Program-made: the position numbers and the translations under genes
The notes under the pieces: generated by a model
What the model saw: the letters and a program-made list of their open reading frames with translations, nothing else
The model's database searches: none
What the model was told of the DNA's origin: nothing
Shown here: one piece after another, positions 1 to 8,426 of the stretch
Layout of the letters: the number at the start of each line of letters is the position of its first letter
Numbering within the stretch: position 1 is the first letter of the stretch
Origin: an uncultured bacterium
GTDB lineage: Bacteria; Hinthialibacterota; Hinthialibacteria; Hinthialibacterales; Hinthialibacteraceae
Reading direction: 5' to 3'
Assembly (NCBI GenBank): GCA_964517495.1
Contig: CAZFER010000015.1
Span: 6,698-70,697, forward strand
DNA: 64,000 nucleotides

Positions 1-1023
1 TTTTTACCCACCGAAAACGAGATTTGTGAGATATCGGGATTAAGCCGGATGACGGTCAGGAAAGCAATTAATCAATTGCAGCAATTGGGATTGGTTGGAG
101 CGGTGAGGGGACGGGGGACATTTATTATCTCCAAAGAAACCTCAAAGGATATTAAATATTCGATTGGATTTGCCTTACGGCCAGAGCGGTATATCGAAGA
201 AGATCCCTTTTACTCGCAGATACTGATGGGCGTTACCCAGGAAGCTCATAATCAGAATCTTTATCTGGCATTTATTAAGGGGGAAAATATCACAGACGAA
301 AAAAACGTACTGAATTCATTCGGCATGTTAAAGCAGCTAAATGGATTGATTATTGCCGGGCAAATGCCTAAAGCTTTTCTTGATCATATTGCCAGCTTAG
401 GCCTTCCATGTGTTTTTTTAAATTATCGAAATACCGCTTATCCTTTTGATTCGGTGGGGAGTGATCAAATTGAGATTGGGCGATTATTGGGTAAACACCT
501 TGCTGAGTTGGGCCATCGAGAATGCCTTTACCTAAGTGGGGAGCCGGAGAACGTGGCCTTTGAGGATCGCTTGAAGGGTTTTCAGGAGGTGTTTGTACAC
601 AAAACGGGTGGTGATATTCATATCCTGAAAGGGGGGAAAGATTGCCGGGCAGGCCAAGTTATGATACGCAACGCATTGAATCAGGGATTACGTTTTACGG
701 CGGTTGCTGGTGGCAACGATTTAATGGCGATTGGGGCTATGAATGAGTTATTCGAGCAAGGCTATCACATCCCTGAGGATATAAGCGTGGGGGGAGTTGA
801 TAATATTTCCAATGCCATTAACTGCCGTCCGAAGTTAACCACCATTCATGTTGAAAAGCAGGGGATGGGGATTCGGGCGTTGCAATTGCTTTTGGAACGG
901 CTGAATAATCCCAAGAAAACGATTGAGTCAATCCTGTTGGGAGTCAAGTTGATTGCGCGTGAATCAACCGTCCCGCTTAAAAAAACACAAGAGGTACATG
1001 AAAAATCACGAGAAATCGTTTAA
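1..1023 (+). CDS. AraR-type regulator: GntR-family winged HTH fused to a LacI/PBP-like sugar-binding domain (5' end outside window)
   Basis: Frame 1 is open from base 1 (FLPTENEICEISGLSRMTVRKAINQLQQLGLVGAVRGRGTFI, a GntR HTH pattern). The downstream ~270 aa look LacI/GalR-PBP-like (GGNDLMAIGAMNEL, ISVGGVDN). The ORF-track start at 49 is internal. Confidence 0.75.
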   Translation, partial: FLPTENEICEISGLSRMTVRKAINQLQQLGLVGAVRGRGTFIISKETSKDIKYSIGFALRPERYIEEDPFYSQILMGVTQEAHNQNLYLAFIKGENITDEKNVLNSFGMLKQLNGLIIAGQMPKAFLDHIASLGLPCVFLNYRNTAYPFDSVGSDQIEIGRLLGKHLAELGHRECLYLSGEPENVAFEDRLKGFQEVFVHKTGGDIHILKGGKDCRAGQVMIRNALNQGLRFTAVAGGNDLMAIGAMNELFEQGYHIPEDISVGGVDNISNAINCRPKLTTIHVEKQGMGIRALQLLLERLNNPKKTIESILLGVKLIARESTVPLKKTQEVHEKSREIV

Positions 1024-1092
1024 TACATTTATATGATGATAACGTGTCAGCCCTATGAAATAGAAAAGGAGTGAAAACTTGAAATCGGCGCC

Positions 1093-1227
1093 AGAATTCC
1101 TGCCCCAATGAGATTGGGGAGGTCAGGAGAGGGTTAAAGGATTATGTTCTACGTTGAAATATCAACCCTCCCCTAGCCCCTTTCATGCTTGGGAGGGGGA
1201 TGATAATCAAATGGTAGATCACTTACT
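1093..1227 (-). repeat. Copy A (inverted orientation) of a ~130-nt dispersed two-hairpin intergenic repeat
   Basis: The reverse complement reads gtaagtgatctaccatttgattatcatccccctcccaagcatgaaaggggctaggggagggttgat...cctttaaccctctcctgacctccccaatctcattggggcagg. It aligns along its length with copies at 44258, 54241 and 56495. Confidence 0.75.
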
Positions 1228-1251
1228 TAAGATGAAAGGATAAATAGCTGT

Positions 1252-2328
1252 ATGAAAATCGGATTGGGTTTGTATCGGAATATGCTGACCAGAGATAACT
1301 TTCGCTTTGCCAGGCAGGCGGGGTGTACTCATATTGTGGCCCATCTGGTCAATTATTTCGCTGATGAGTTATTGCATGGGACCGATGAAACCCGAACGTG
1401 GGGTATCACCCGTAATCAGGATAAACTTTGGACGGAAGAGGAACTAAGGGATTTAAAGCGATCGATTAATGATGAAGGACTTGAGCTGGAAGCCATCGAA
1501 AATTTTGATCCCTCGCATTGGTATGATATATTGCTGGATGGTCCCAAACGCAATGAACAGATGGAAAAGATCAAAACCACCATCCGGCGGTTGGGGAAAG
1601 TGGGGATTCCCATCATGGGGTATAACTATAGCATAGCGGGTGTGTGGGGGCACGTGAATGGCCCCTTTGCGCGCGGGGGGGCAGAATCGGTTGCTTTTTT
1701 AGGCCCGGAAGGGCCGAAGGAAACACCGATCCCCAAGGGTCAGATTTGGAATATGGAGTATGATCCCGATGCAGAAGAAGGGACCATCCCCAATGTAACC
1801 AGCGAGCAGTTATGGCAGCGGCTAGAGGCGTTTTTAAAGGAAATCATTCCGGTTGCAGAGGAGGCAGGGGTAAAAATGGCTGCCCACCCGGATGATCCAC
1901 CCATGCCCACGATTCGCGGGCATGCGCGGTTGGTTAATCAACCTCACCTTTATCAAAAACTGCTTGATATTTACCCAAGCCCTTGTAATGCATTGGAATT
2001 TTGTTTGGGAACTTTACAAGAGATGACCGAAGGTGATATTTATGAGGCGGCCGATCAATATAGCCGGCAGAATGCATTGGCCTATGTGCATTTCCGCAAT
2101 GTCAAAGGGAAAGTGCCCAAGTATCATGAGGTGTTTATTGATGAGGGGGATATCGACATGATCCGGATTTTGCGGATTCTCTATAAGAATAACTATGATG
2201 GGGTGTTAATTCCGGATCATACCCCACAAATGACATGCGATGCGCCCTGGCATGCGGGAATGGCATTCGCGCTTGGTTATATGAAAGCGGCAATCCAAGT
2301 TATTGAAAACAAAAAACAACAACCTTGA
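1252..2328 (+). CDS. uxuA: Mannonate dehydratase (UxuA family, xylose-isomerase-like TIM barrel)
   Basis: FLKEIIPVAEEAGVKMAAHPDDPPMP closely matches the E. coli UxuA segment [24 protein letters not shown] recalled from memory. HFRNV...DEGDIDM...IPDHTPQM also fits the family. Confidence 0.8.
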   Translation: MKIGLGLYRNMLTRDNFRFARQAGCTHIVAHLVNYFADELLHGTDETRTWGITRNQDKLWTEEELRDLKRSINDEGLELEAIENFDPSHWYDILLDGPKRNEQMEKIKTTIRRLGKVGIPIMGYNYSIAGVWGHVNGPFARGGAESVAFLGPEGPKETPIPKGQIWNMEYDPDAEEGTIPNVTSEQLWQRLEAFLKEIIPVAEEAGVKMAAHPDDPPMPTIRGHARLVNQPHLYQKLLDIYPSPCNALEFCLGTLQEMTEGDIYEAADQYSRQNALAYVHFRNVKGKVPKYHEVFIDEGDIDMIRILRILYKNNYDGVLIPDHTPQMTCDAPWHAGMAFALGYMKAAIQVIENKKQQP

Positions 2329-2343
2329 ACAAAGGAGAGTATC

Positions 2344-3603
2344 ATGAGCAAACACACATCAATCACACGAAGGTCCTTTCTCCGAAACAGCACTCAGGCG
2401 GGGGCGGTTGCATTTACCGCACCGATGGTGGTGTCTTCGAAGGTATGGGGAGCCAATGACACCGTGGGCCTTGGCGTTATTGGGCCGGGACGGCGTGGCA
2501 GGCAGTTAATGGGGGATTTTAGCCGGACGAAGGGTTCGAAATTCGTAGCCCTCAGCGATTTGAACAAACCACGTATGGAAGCTATAGCGAAAAGAGATAA
2601 CTTGAAAACCTATCAGGACTTTCGTCAGTTGCTGGAATCAAAGGATGTGGACGCGGTGATTGTGGCCACCCCGGATCATTGGCATGCCCTCAACTCGATC
2701 TATGCCTGCATGGCGGGGAAAGACGTGTATGTGGAAAAGCCGATGACGCTGACCATTGCCGAAGGCCGCGCCATGGTGAAGGCAGCGAGGAAATATAACC
2801 GCGTAGTACAGTGTGGCAGCCAACAACGTTCCTCGACCCCTTGCCGGGTGGGCTGCCAGTTGCTTCGCAACAACAAGTTGGGGAAAGTGAAAGTCGCCCA
2901 TGCGCAGAACTATGAAAGCCCGTGGGAACAACCGTTCCCTGAGCATCCCGTACCTGAGGGCTTGGATTGGGATACCTGGTTGGGACCCACCGCTCCACGT
3001 GGATATAATCCCGATATTTATACGCCACGAGCGAGGCCAGGATGGATCTCGATCATGCCGTATTCAGGGGGTGAAGTGACCGGTTGGGGTGCGCATGGAT
3101 TGGATATCATCCAATGGGCGTTGGGAACCGACGAGAGTGGCCCCGTGGAAGTACAAGCGAAAGGTAGTTCACGGGTATTGGACCGTAATGTGACCATGCG
3201 TTACGCTAACGGGGTTGTGTTGGAAGTGGACGGTAAAGGGCCATCAGGCGGCGGCTTTTTTGAATGTGAGAATGGAACTGTCTTTGTCGATCGTGGGGTA
3301 TTTCGAACCGATCCCAAGATGTCGGCAGAAGAAGCCGTTGCCGATTCGGAAATCGAATTTGAAGTGAGCCATAACCATCAGCAGAATTTCATCGATTGCG
3401 TGAAGAGCCGCAATCGCCCGATTGCCGATGTGGAGAAAGGCCATCGCTCATCCACGCTATGCCACCTGATTAACATTGCGCGCTGGACTCATCGCAAGTT
3501 GCAGTGGGATCCGGAGAAGGAAGTGTTTGTTGGCGATAAAGACGCCAATGGGTATATTGACCGTGAGCGGCGCTCGCCGTGGGAATTGCCGGATTTGACG
3601 TAG
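2344..3603 (+). CDS. Tat-exported Gfo/Idh/MocA-family NAD(P)-dependent oxidoreductase
   Basis: Twin-arginine signal (TRRSFLRNSTQAGAVAF), a Rossmann N-terminus (GLGVIGPGRRG) and the EKP motif (YVEKPM). An AGGAGA RBS precedes the ATG. Confidence 0.85.
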   Translation: MSKHTSITRRSFLRNSTQAGAVAFTAPMVVSSKVWGANDTVGLGVIGPGRRGRQLMGDFSRTKGSKFVALSDLNKPRMEAIAKRDNLKTYQDFRQLLESKDVDAVIVATPDHWHALNSIYACMAGKDVYVEKPMTLTIAEGRAMVKAARKYNRVVQCGSQQRSSTPCRVGCQLLRNNKLGKVKVAHAQNYESPWEQPFPEHPVPEGLDWDTWLGPTAPRGYNPDIYTPRARPGWISIMPYSGGEVTGWGAHGLDIIQWALGTDESGPVEVQAKGSSRVLDRNVTMRYANGVVLEVDGKGPSGGGFFECENGTVFVDRGVFRTDPKMSAEEAVADSEIEFEVSHNHQQNFIDCVKSRNRPIADVEKGHRSSTLCHLINIARWTHRKLQWDPEKEVFVGDKDANGYIDRERRSPWELPDLT

Positions 3604-3632
3604 GTTGAGTTATATTATATACGCAAGAAATT

Positions 3633-3667
3633 AGGGGAGGCCGGGGTGGTCTCCCCTTTTTATTTTG
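3633..3667 (+). terminator. Rho-independent terminator after the 2344-3603 gene
   Basis: The stem aggggag...ctcccct is followed by ttttattttg, 30 nt after the stop codon. Confidence 0.7.
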
Positions 3668-3869
3668 TGCGTGGATAGGGTGGTGCTCAAGGGCTGACTC
3701 CTTTGTCGTCTTGTCCTTGCCTGTCACCCCGTCAGGTGGTTTTCAAGGGTAAAAAACGACGTTTATACCCTTGGCACTCATGCTTACTATCCCATAGAAA
3801 TATCATGGATGACACGGTAATATTTATCAATATGAAATTGTAAGAGAAAAACCACTGTTGGAGTTGATC

Positions 3870-4091
3870 ATGTTACAAGCCAACATCCAAAAAGCTATGG
3901 AGAGGGCACAGTATAAACAGTTGGAAGATGATAGTTGGTTTGCCGAAGTTCCCGGTCTGCAGGGAGTATGGGCGAATGGTGAATCGGTCGAGTTTTGCCG
4001 GGAAGAACTATCCGAAGTGATTGAAGGATGGTTGTTTTTGAAAATTCATGATCATGATGAAATCCCTGAAGGCATGAATGAGGTATGGTGA
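3870..4091 (+). CDS. HicB-like (UPF0150-type) small antitoxin-like protein, with no HicA partner seen
   Basis: YKQLEDDSWFAEVPGLQGVWANGESVEFCREELSEVIEGWL fits the single-domain HicB-like pattern. The first ATG is at 3870; the ORF-track start at 3858 is TTG. Confidence 0.5.
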   Translation: MLQANIQKAMERAQYKQLEDDSWFAEVPGLQGVWANGESVEFCREELSEVIEGWLFLKIHDHDEIPEGMNEVW

Positions 4092-4291
4092 TGAGCAAAA
4101 CAGTGAAGGAATACAAGAGAGGTGGACTGAAAACCTCAAGGCTTTCTCTTGAGAAGGTCGAATACGCCATGTCGAAACTTGGACCTTGCAACAGGATGAC
4201 GCCCTATGAGTTGCAGGAGATGCTCAAGGATAAGGTTAGGGGTGACAGCCTGTCTGAAGAGATAATCAAGATGAGAAGTGAAGGATGGTGA
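4085..4291 (+). CDS. Small hypothetical protein, possibly the antitoxin of the adjacent degraded PIN gene
   Basis: It overlaps its upstream neighbour by 7 nt and its downstream neighbour by 14 nt, suggesting translational coupling. The C-terminal DSLSEEIIKMRSEG tail is reminiscent of PIN-associated antitoxins. It has no His, so it is not HicA-like. Confidence 0.3.
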   Translation: MVMSKTVKEYKRGGLKTSRLSLEKVEYAMSKLGPCNRMTPYELQEMLKDKVRGDSLSEEIIKMRSEGW

Positions 4292-4481
4292 TATTCTGGA
4301 CTCACCATTCTTCTATCTTGATACATCCGCGATAGCAAAGAGGTATTATCCGGAACAGGGCACTGATTTCGTCTGCGAAGATGGGAGGCTTTGTGATGCC
4401 GCTGCTTCGGAGGGAATAAAAGTGTTAAGGCCAACAGCTGAAAGCGCCTGGGAATACCTGCGCTCGCTGGAGAACGGATAG
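4278..4481 (+). pseudogene. Internally deleted PIN-domain (VapC-like) toxin remnant
   Basis: A PIN N-terminal signature (FYLDTSAIAKRYYPEQGTDFV) is joined directly to a PIN C-terminal-like tail (CDAAASEGIKVL). It is only 67 aa versus ~130 aa for an intact PIN domain, so the middle acidic residues are absent. Confidence 0.45.
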
Positions 4482-4623
4482 GATTCCGTTGTTTAATCCA
4501 TCAGGATTCTTCTTATAGATTGCGTTAATGGGTTGAACAGCGTGATTTATCCTACGGTTTTATGGGATAGGTTGGTGCGTTGCCGTTTTGTTGTGGGAGA
4601 AAGTTGGGAGTGGAGGGGATGCC

Positions 4624-4645
4624 GAGCGGGCAGGGATGCCCGCTC
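4624..4645. terminator. GC-rich 9-bp stem-loop between convergent genes
   Basis: gagcgggca-ggga-tgcccgctc lies between the + strand TA patch and the - strand 4698-5870 gene. There is no strong T-run. Confidence 0.4.
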
Positions 4646-4697
4646 CCCGGATGGTGTTTTGCAGGAATAATTTTACAAATCAGAAAAAACAATATTA

Positions 4698-5870
4698 TTA
4701 AATGAAACCGTCGCCGGGGTGGAGGCCTCTTACGCGGCGGCTGATGGTGTTGATGCGTTCGAAATCCTGGCGGGTGATGTCGTCGGGGACGCCACCGGAA
4801 TCCATGAAGATGAGGCGGCCCCGGGCGTGTTGTTTTTCCCAGGCGGCCATCTGTTCAAGGTAGGCTTCCTGACGTTCCGGTTCCCACACCCAAAAACTGG
4901 TGGGGAAACCGCCGACGATGATAAAATGGTTGCCGTGATTCTTCATTAATTCAGGAATGTCATGTTTTTCTTCGGGATCAAAGGGATTGATGAAATCGAA
5001 GTTGCATTCGACCAGGTCATCCATGATCTTGGCGACCGCGCCGTGGGTGTGAAGGTGAACATGACCACCGAGTTCGTGAACGGTTTCACACAAGCGCTTA
5101 TGCCAGGGTTTAAAGAATCGGCGGTAGAGGTCAGGGGCCATGAGTAGGGATTTCTTAGAGCCAAGGTCGTCGCATAAAGCGATGCAATCGGCGCCGTTTT
5201 CGATCATTTTTCGGGCGGCAGCCAGGTTCCATTCTCCCAAACGGTTGGTGATGGCTTCGATTAATTCTGGCTGATCCAAAAGCCCCATGAGGGTTTCGGT
5301 GTATTCCATGAGGAAGTAATGAATACCGGAGAAGAAGCCATTGAGCGACGCCAGCACGTATTCGCCTTTGGACTTGAGATAGGCGACATCCTGAGCGAAG
5401 CCTTCATAGCGTTTGGGATCATTGGGATCAGGCCACTCCATGTTGTCGAGATCGGCTGAGGTTTTAATGGGGTGGTCGAAATGATGATAGAAGTGGGGAT
5501 CGAATTGAACCTTGGCACGTACACCGGTTTCATATTCGACGATTAATTCATTGTCATCCCTGTGGATCATTCGGGAGTAAAATTCACCCGGCCCGCCATG
5601 GCCGAAACAGATATTGGCGCCTTTGCCCAGGCAGGCGAAACATCGGCCGGAATGGTTGTTGAATTCGATCATGCGATCGAGCGCCTCTGGCTCCATGGGG
5701 GTCATATCGTAATGATCGGGCACATCGTAAATCCACATGGGGTAATAGTGACATTGTGGTGGCGTAAGTTTACGGGCGGTATCACCGTTGAAAAAAGACA
5801 TCCAATGTTGGGGGATGGGGAGATCTTTTTCACCGGCAAGAAGAGCTTTAATCCAATCACGTTTTTGCAT
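4698..5870 (-). CDS. Uroporphyrinogen-decarboxylase (URO-D/MtaA-like) family protein
   Basis: Its length and the segment LMAPDLYRRFFKPWHKRLCETVHELGGHVHLHTHGAVAKIMDDLVECNFDFINPFDP fit the URO-D family TIM-barrel pattern. Confidence 0.55.
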   Translation of the reverse strand: MQKRDWIKALLAGEKDLPIPQHWMSFFNGDTARKLTPPQCHYYPMWIYDVPDHYDMTPMEPEALDRMIEFNNHSGRCFACLGKGANICFGHGGPGEFYSRMIHRDDNELIVEYETGVRAKVQFDPHFYHHFDHPIKTSADLDNMEWPDPNDPKRYEGFAQDVAYLKSKGEYVLASLNGFFSGIHYFLMEYTETLMGLLDQPELIEAITNRLGEWNLAAARKMIENGADCIALCDDLGSKKSLLMAPDLYRRFFKPWHKRLCETVHELGGHVHLHTHGAVAKIMDDLVECNFDFINPFDPEEKHDIPELMKNHGNHFIIVGGFPTSFWVWEPERQEAYLEQMAAWEKQHARGRLIFMDSGGVPDDITRQDFERINTISRRVRGLHPGDGFI

Positions 5871-5986
5871 GTTGCACCCTATTTTGATTATTCTTTATTA
5901 TTTCCAAGTATCTAATGCTTAATGAATGCGTCAAGAGGTAGGGGCAATGTCATTCATTTAAGATTTTAGTGGAACGTAATCATCAA

Positions 5987-6015
5987 CGGCGGCTCGGCGG
6001 GAGCCTCGCCCTCCC
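5987..6015. repeat. GC-rich motif cggcggctcggcgggagcctcgccctccc in a divergent promoter region
   Basis: The 25-nt core ggctcggcgggagcctcgccctccc matches ggcctggcgggagcctggccctcct at 22402 at about 21 of 25 positions. It is flanked by the 9-bp inverted repeat aatgtcatt/aatgacatt. Confidence 0.5.
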
Positions 6016-6130
6016 TATTAAGCTAATGACATTAGAGATAGGGGGATATTCATTTATTCACAAACCGGATGGATGTGTTAATATGTAGGCGAAATAACAA
6101 CCCCTAGAGAAGCAAAAAGGAAAGAGAATT

Positions 6131-7291
6131 ATGTTAGGTGTCGCGATAATTGGAGCCGGTGGGATTTCACGAACGCATATTGAAACCTACCAAAAATTTT
6201 CAGGCCGGTGCCAACTCAAAGCATTGGCGGATTCATATAGGGAAAAAGCGGAACAAAAGAAGCAGGAGTTAAACTTATCTGTCTCGATTCATGAAGATTA
6301 CAAAGAGATTTTGAATGATCCCAGCATTGACCTGGTGTCGGTTTGCACACCACCGTTTACCCATGCGCCTATCAGCATTGATTGCCTGAATGCGGGTAAG
6401 CATGTCATTTGCGAGAAGCCGATGGCTTCGTCACTGGAAGAATGTGACGCCATGGTTGAAGCGATGGAGAAAAGCGGGAAGCAACTGGCTATTATTGCTC
6501 AAAATCGATTTCGCACGCCTATTCAAAAACTGAAAGGTGTGCTTGATTCAGGCGAACTGGGGCGTGTGGTGCATGCACAGGTGGATTCATTTTGGTGGCG
6601 TGGGCATTGCTATTATGACCTGTGGTGGCGGGGGATGTGGTCGAAAGAAGGCGGGGGATGTACGATGAACCACGCCGTGCACCATATCGACATGTTTCAA
6701 TGGATGATGGGTATGCCCAAGGAAGTGCGAGCGGTGATGACCAATGTCTCGCATGATAACGCTGAAGTGGAGGATTTATCGATCGCCGTGTTAAAGTATG
6801 ATAGCGGTGCGCTGGCGCAGCTCACCAGTTCGGTGGTGCATCATGGAGAGGAGCAACAGCTGATTTTCCAGACTGAAACAGCGCGGGTGTCGTTCCCCTG
6901 GAAGGTGTATGCATCGAAAGCACGCAGCAATGGTTTTCCAGACCGTGATCCGGATACGGAGGCAAAGATCAACGGGGTATATGAAAATCTGCCGGCTCTG
7001 GAGCATGAACTTTATGAGGGTGAATTTGACAATGTACTGAGGGCGATTGAAACAGGCGGGCAGGTTTTGGTGAGCGGTTATGAAGGGCGAAAAACGTTAG
7101 AACTGATTATGGCCATATATCAATCCGCCTCGACAGATGAAAGCGTTCCCTTACCACTGGATAAAAGCAGTCCGTTTTATACCGCCCAGGGTGTGCAGGA
7201 AAATGCCATTCATTTTTACGAAAAAACCGGGTCGGTGGAGAACTTTGGCGATGATAATATCATCGTCGGTTCAAGCAGCGACCAATCATGA
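6131..7291 (+). CDS. Gfo/Idh/MocA-family oxidoreductase (cytoplasmic)
   Basis: N-terminal Rossmann motif (GVAIIGAGGISRTH) and the EKPM motif (VICEKPMA). Confidence 0.85.
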   Translation: MLGVAIIGAGGISRTHIETYQKFSGRCQLKALADSYREKAEQKKQELNLSVSIHEDYKEILNDPSIDLVSVCTPPFTHAPISIDCLNAGKHVICEKPMASSLEECDAMVEAMEKSGKQLAIIAQNRFRTPIQKLKGVLDSGELGRVVHAQVDSFWWRGHCYYDLWWRGMWSKEGGGCTMNHAVHHIDMFQWMMGMPKEVRAVMTNVSHDNAEVEDLSIAVLKYDSGALAQLTSSVVHHGEEQQLIFQTETARVSFPWKVYASKARSNGFPDRDPDTEAKINGVYENLPALEHELYEGEFDNVLRAIETGGQVLVSGYEGRKTLELIMAIYQSASTDESVPLPLDKSSPFYTAQGVQENAIHFYEKTGSVENFGDDNIIVGSSSDQS

Positions 7292-7320
7292 TATATACAG
7301 CCTAAAGAGGAGAGACGACT

Positions 7321-8394
7321 ATGCAAAAAGCGGATGGAATGATGTATGCCCCGAAAGGGAAAAGTGAACGTGTGTGTGAAAAAGGTGAATTTCGCTTTGC
7401 CGCCGCAGGCATCGATCATGGCCATATTTACGGAATGACCAACGGTTTGATGGAAGCGGGTGGTGAGCTGGTTTGGGTATATGACCCTGATCCGGCGAAA
7501 GTGAAAAAGTTTCAGGAAACCTACCCCGATGTGCAAGTGGCTTCATCAGAAGAACAGATATTGGAAGACGATTCGTTGAAGATGATTGCCAGTTCGCGCA
7601 TCACCTCGGAGCGGGGTCCGTTTGGGTTGAAGGTGATGGATCATGGCAAGCACTATTTTTGCGACAAATCTCCCTTCACCACATTTGAGCAGTTGGATGC
7701 AGCGCGCGCCAAAGTGAAGGAGAAAGGGCTAATCTGGGCGGTCTATTATAGTGAGCGGCTGCATGTTGAAGGCGCGGTGTATGCCGGGCAGTTGATCCAG
7801 GATGGGGCGATAGGAAAGGTGTTGCAGATGATCAATATTGCTCCGCACCGGTTGAATGCTCCAAGCCGGCCAGCGTGGTTTTTTGAGAAGGAGAAATATG
7901 GCGGGATTTTGTGTGACCTGGGCAGCCATCAGATTGAACAATTCTTATATTACGCAGGGGTAAAGGATGCGAAAGTAACCCACAGTCAGGTGGCCAACTT
8001 CAGTAATCCCGAGTATCCCGAATTGGAGGATTTTGGTGATGCCATACTGGTGGGGGATAATGGCGCGACCATGTATTTCCGGGTGGATTGGTATACACCG
8101 GACGGTATGGGTGCCTGGGGGGATGGACGAACGTTTATTATGGGCAGTGAGGGTTCGATTGAGATTCGCAAATACCTCGATGTGGGACGTGATGCGCAGG
8201 GCGATCATGTTTATCTGGTTGATAAAGAAAAAGAGCACTATCTGCCAGTGAATGGCAAGGTGGGTTTTCCTTACTTTGGCCAATTGATCCGTGATTGTCT
8301 GGATGGAACGGAAAACGCCATGCCGCAGGAACATACCTTTTTAGCGGCTAAGCTGTGCCTTGAGGCGGAAGCAAATGCGGTTCGGATCAAATAA
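7321..8394 (+). CDS. Gfo/Idh/MocA-like oxidoreductase
   Basis: Rossmann-like N-terminus (FRFAAAGIDHGHIYG) and the family's C-terminal alpha/beta domain pattern. A GAGGAGAG RBS is present. Confidence 0.7.
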   Translation: MQKADGMMYAPKGKSERVCEKGEFRFAAAGIDHGHIYGMTNGLMEAGGELVWVYDPDPAKVKKFQETYPDVQVASSEEQILEDDSLKMIASSRITSERGPFGLKVMDHGKHYFCDKSPFTTFEQLDAARAKVKEKGLIWAVYYSERLHVEGAVYAGQLIQDGAIGKVLQMINIAPHRLNAPSRPAWFFEKEKYGGILCDLGSHQIEQFLYYAGVKDAKVTHSQVANFSNPEYPELEDFGDAILVGDNGATMYFRVDWYTPDGMGAWGDGRTFIMGSEGSIEIRKYLDVGRDAQGDHVYLVDKEKEHYLPVNGKVGFPYFGQLIRDCLDGTENAMPQEHTFLAAKLCLEAEANAVRIK

Positions 8395-8426
8395 ACGTTA
8401 ATCTTTCCATACAAAGGTTTAATAAC

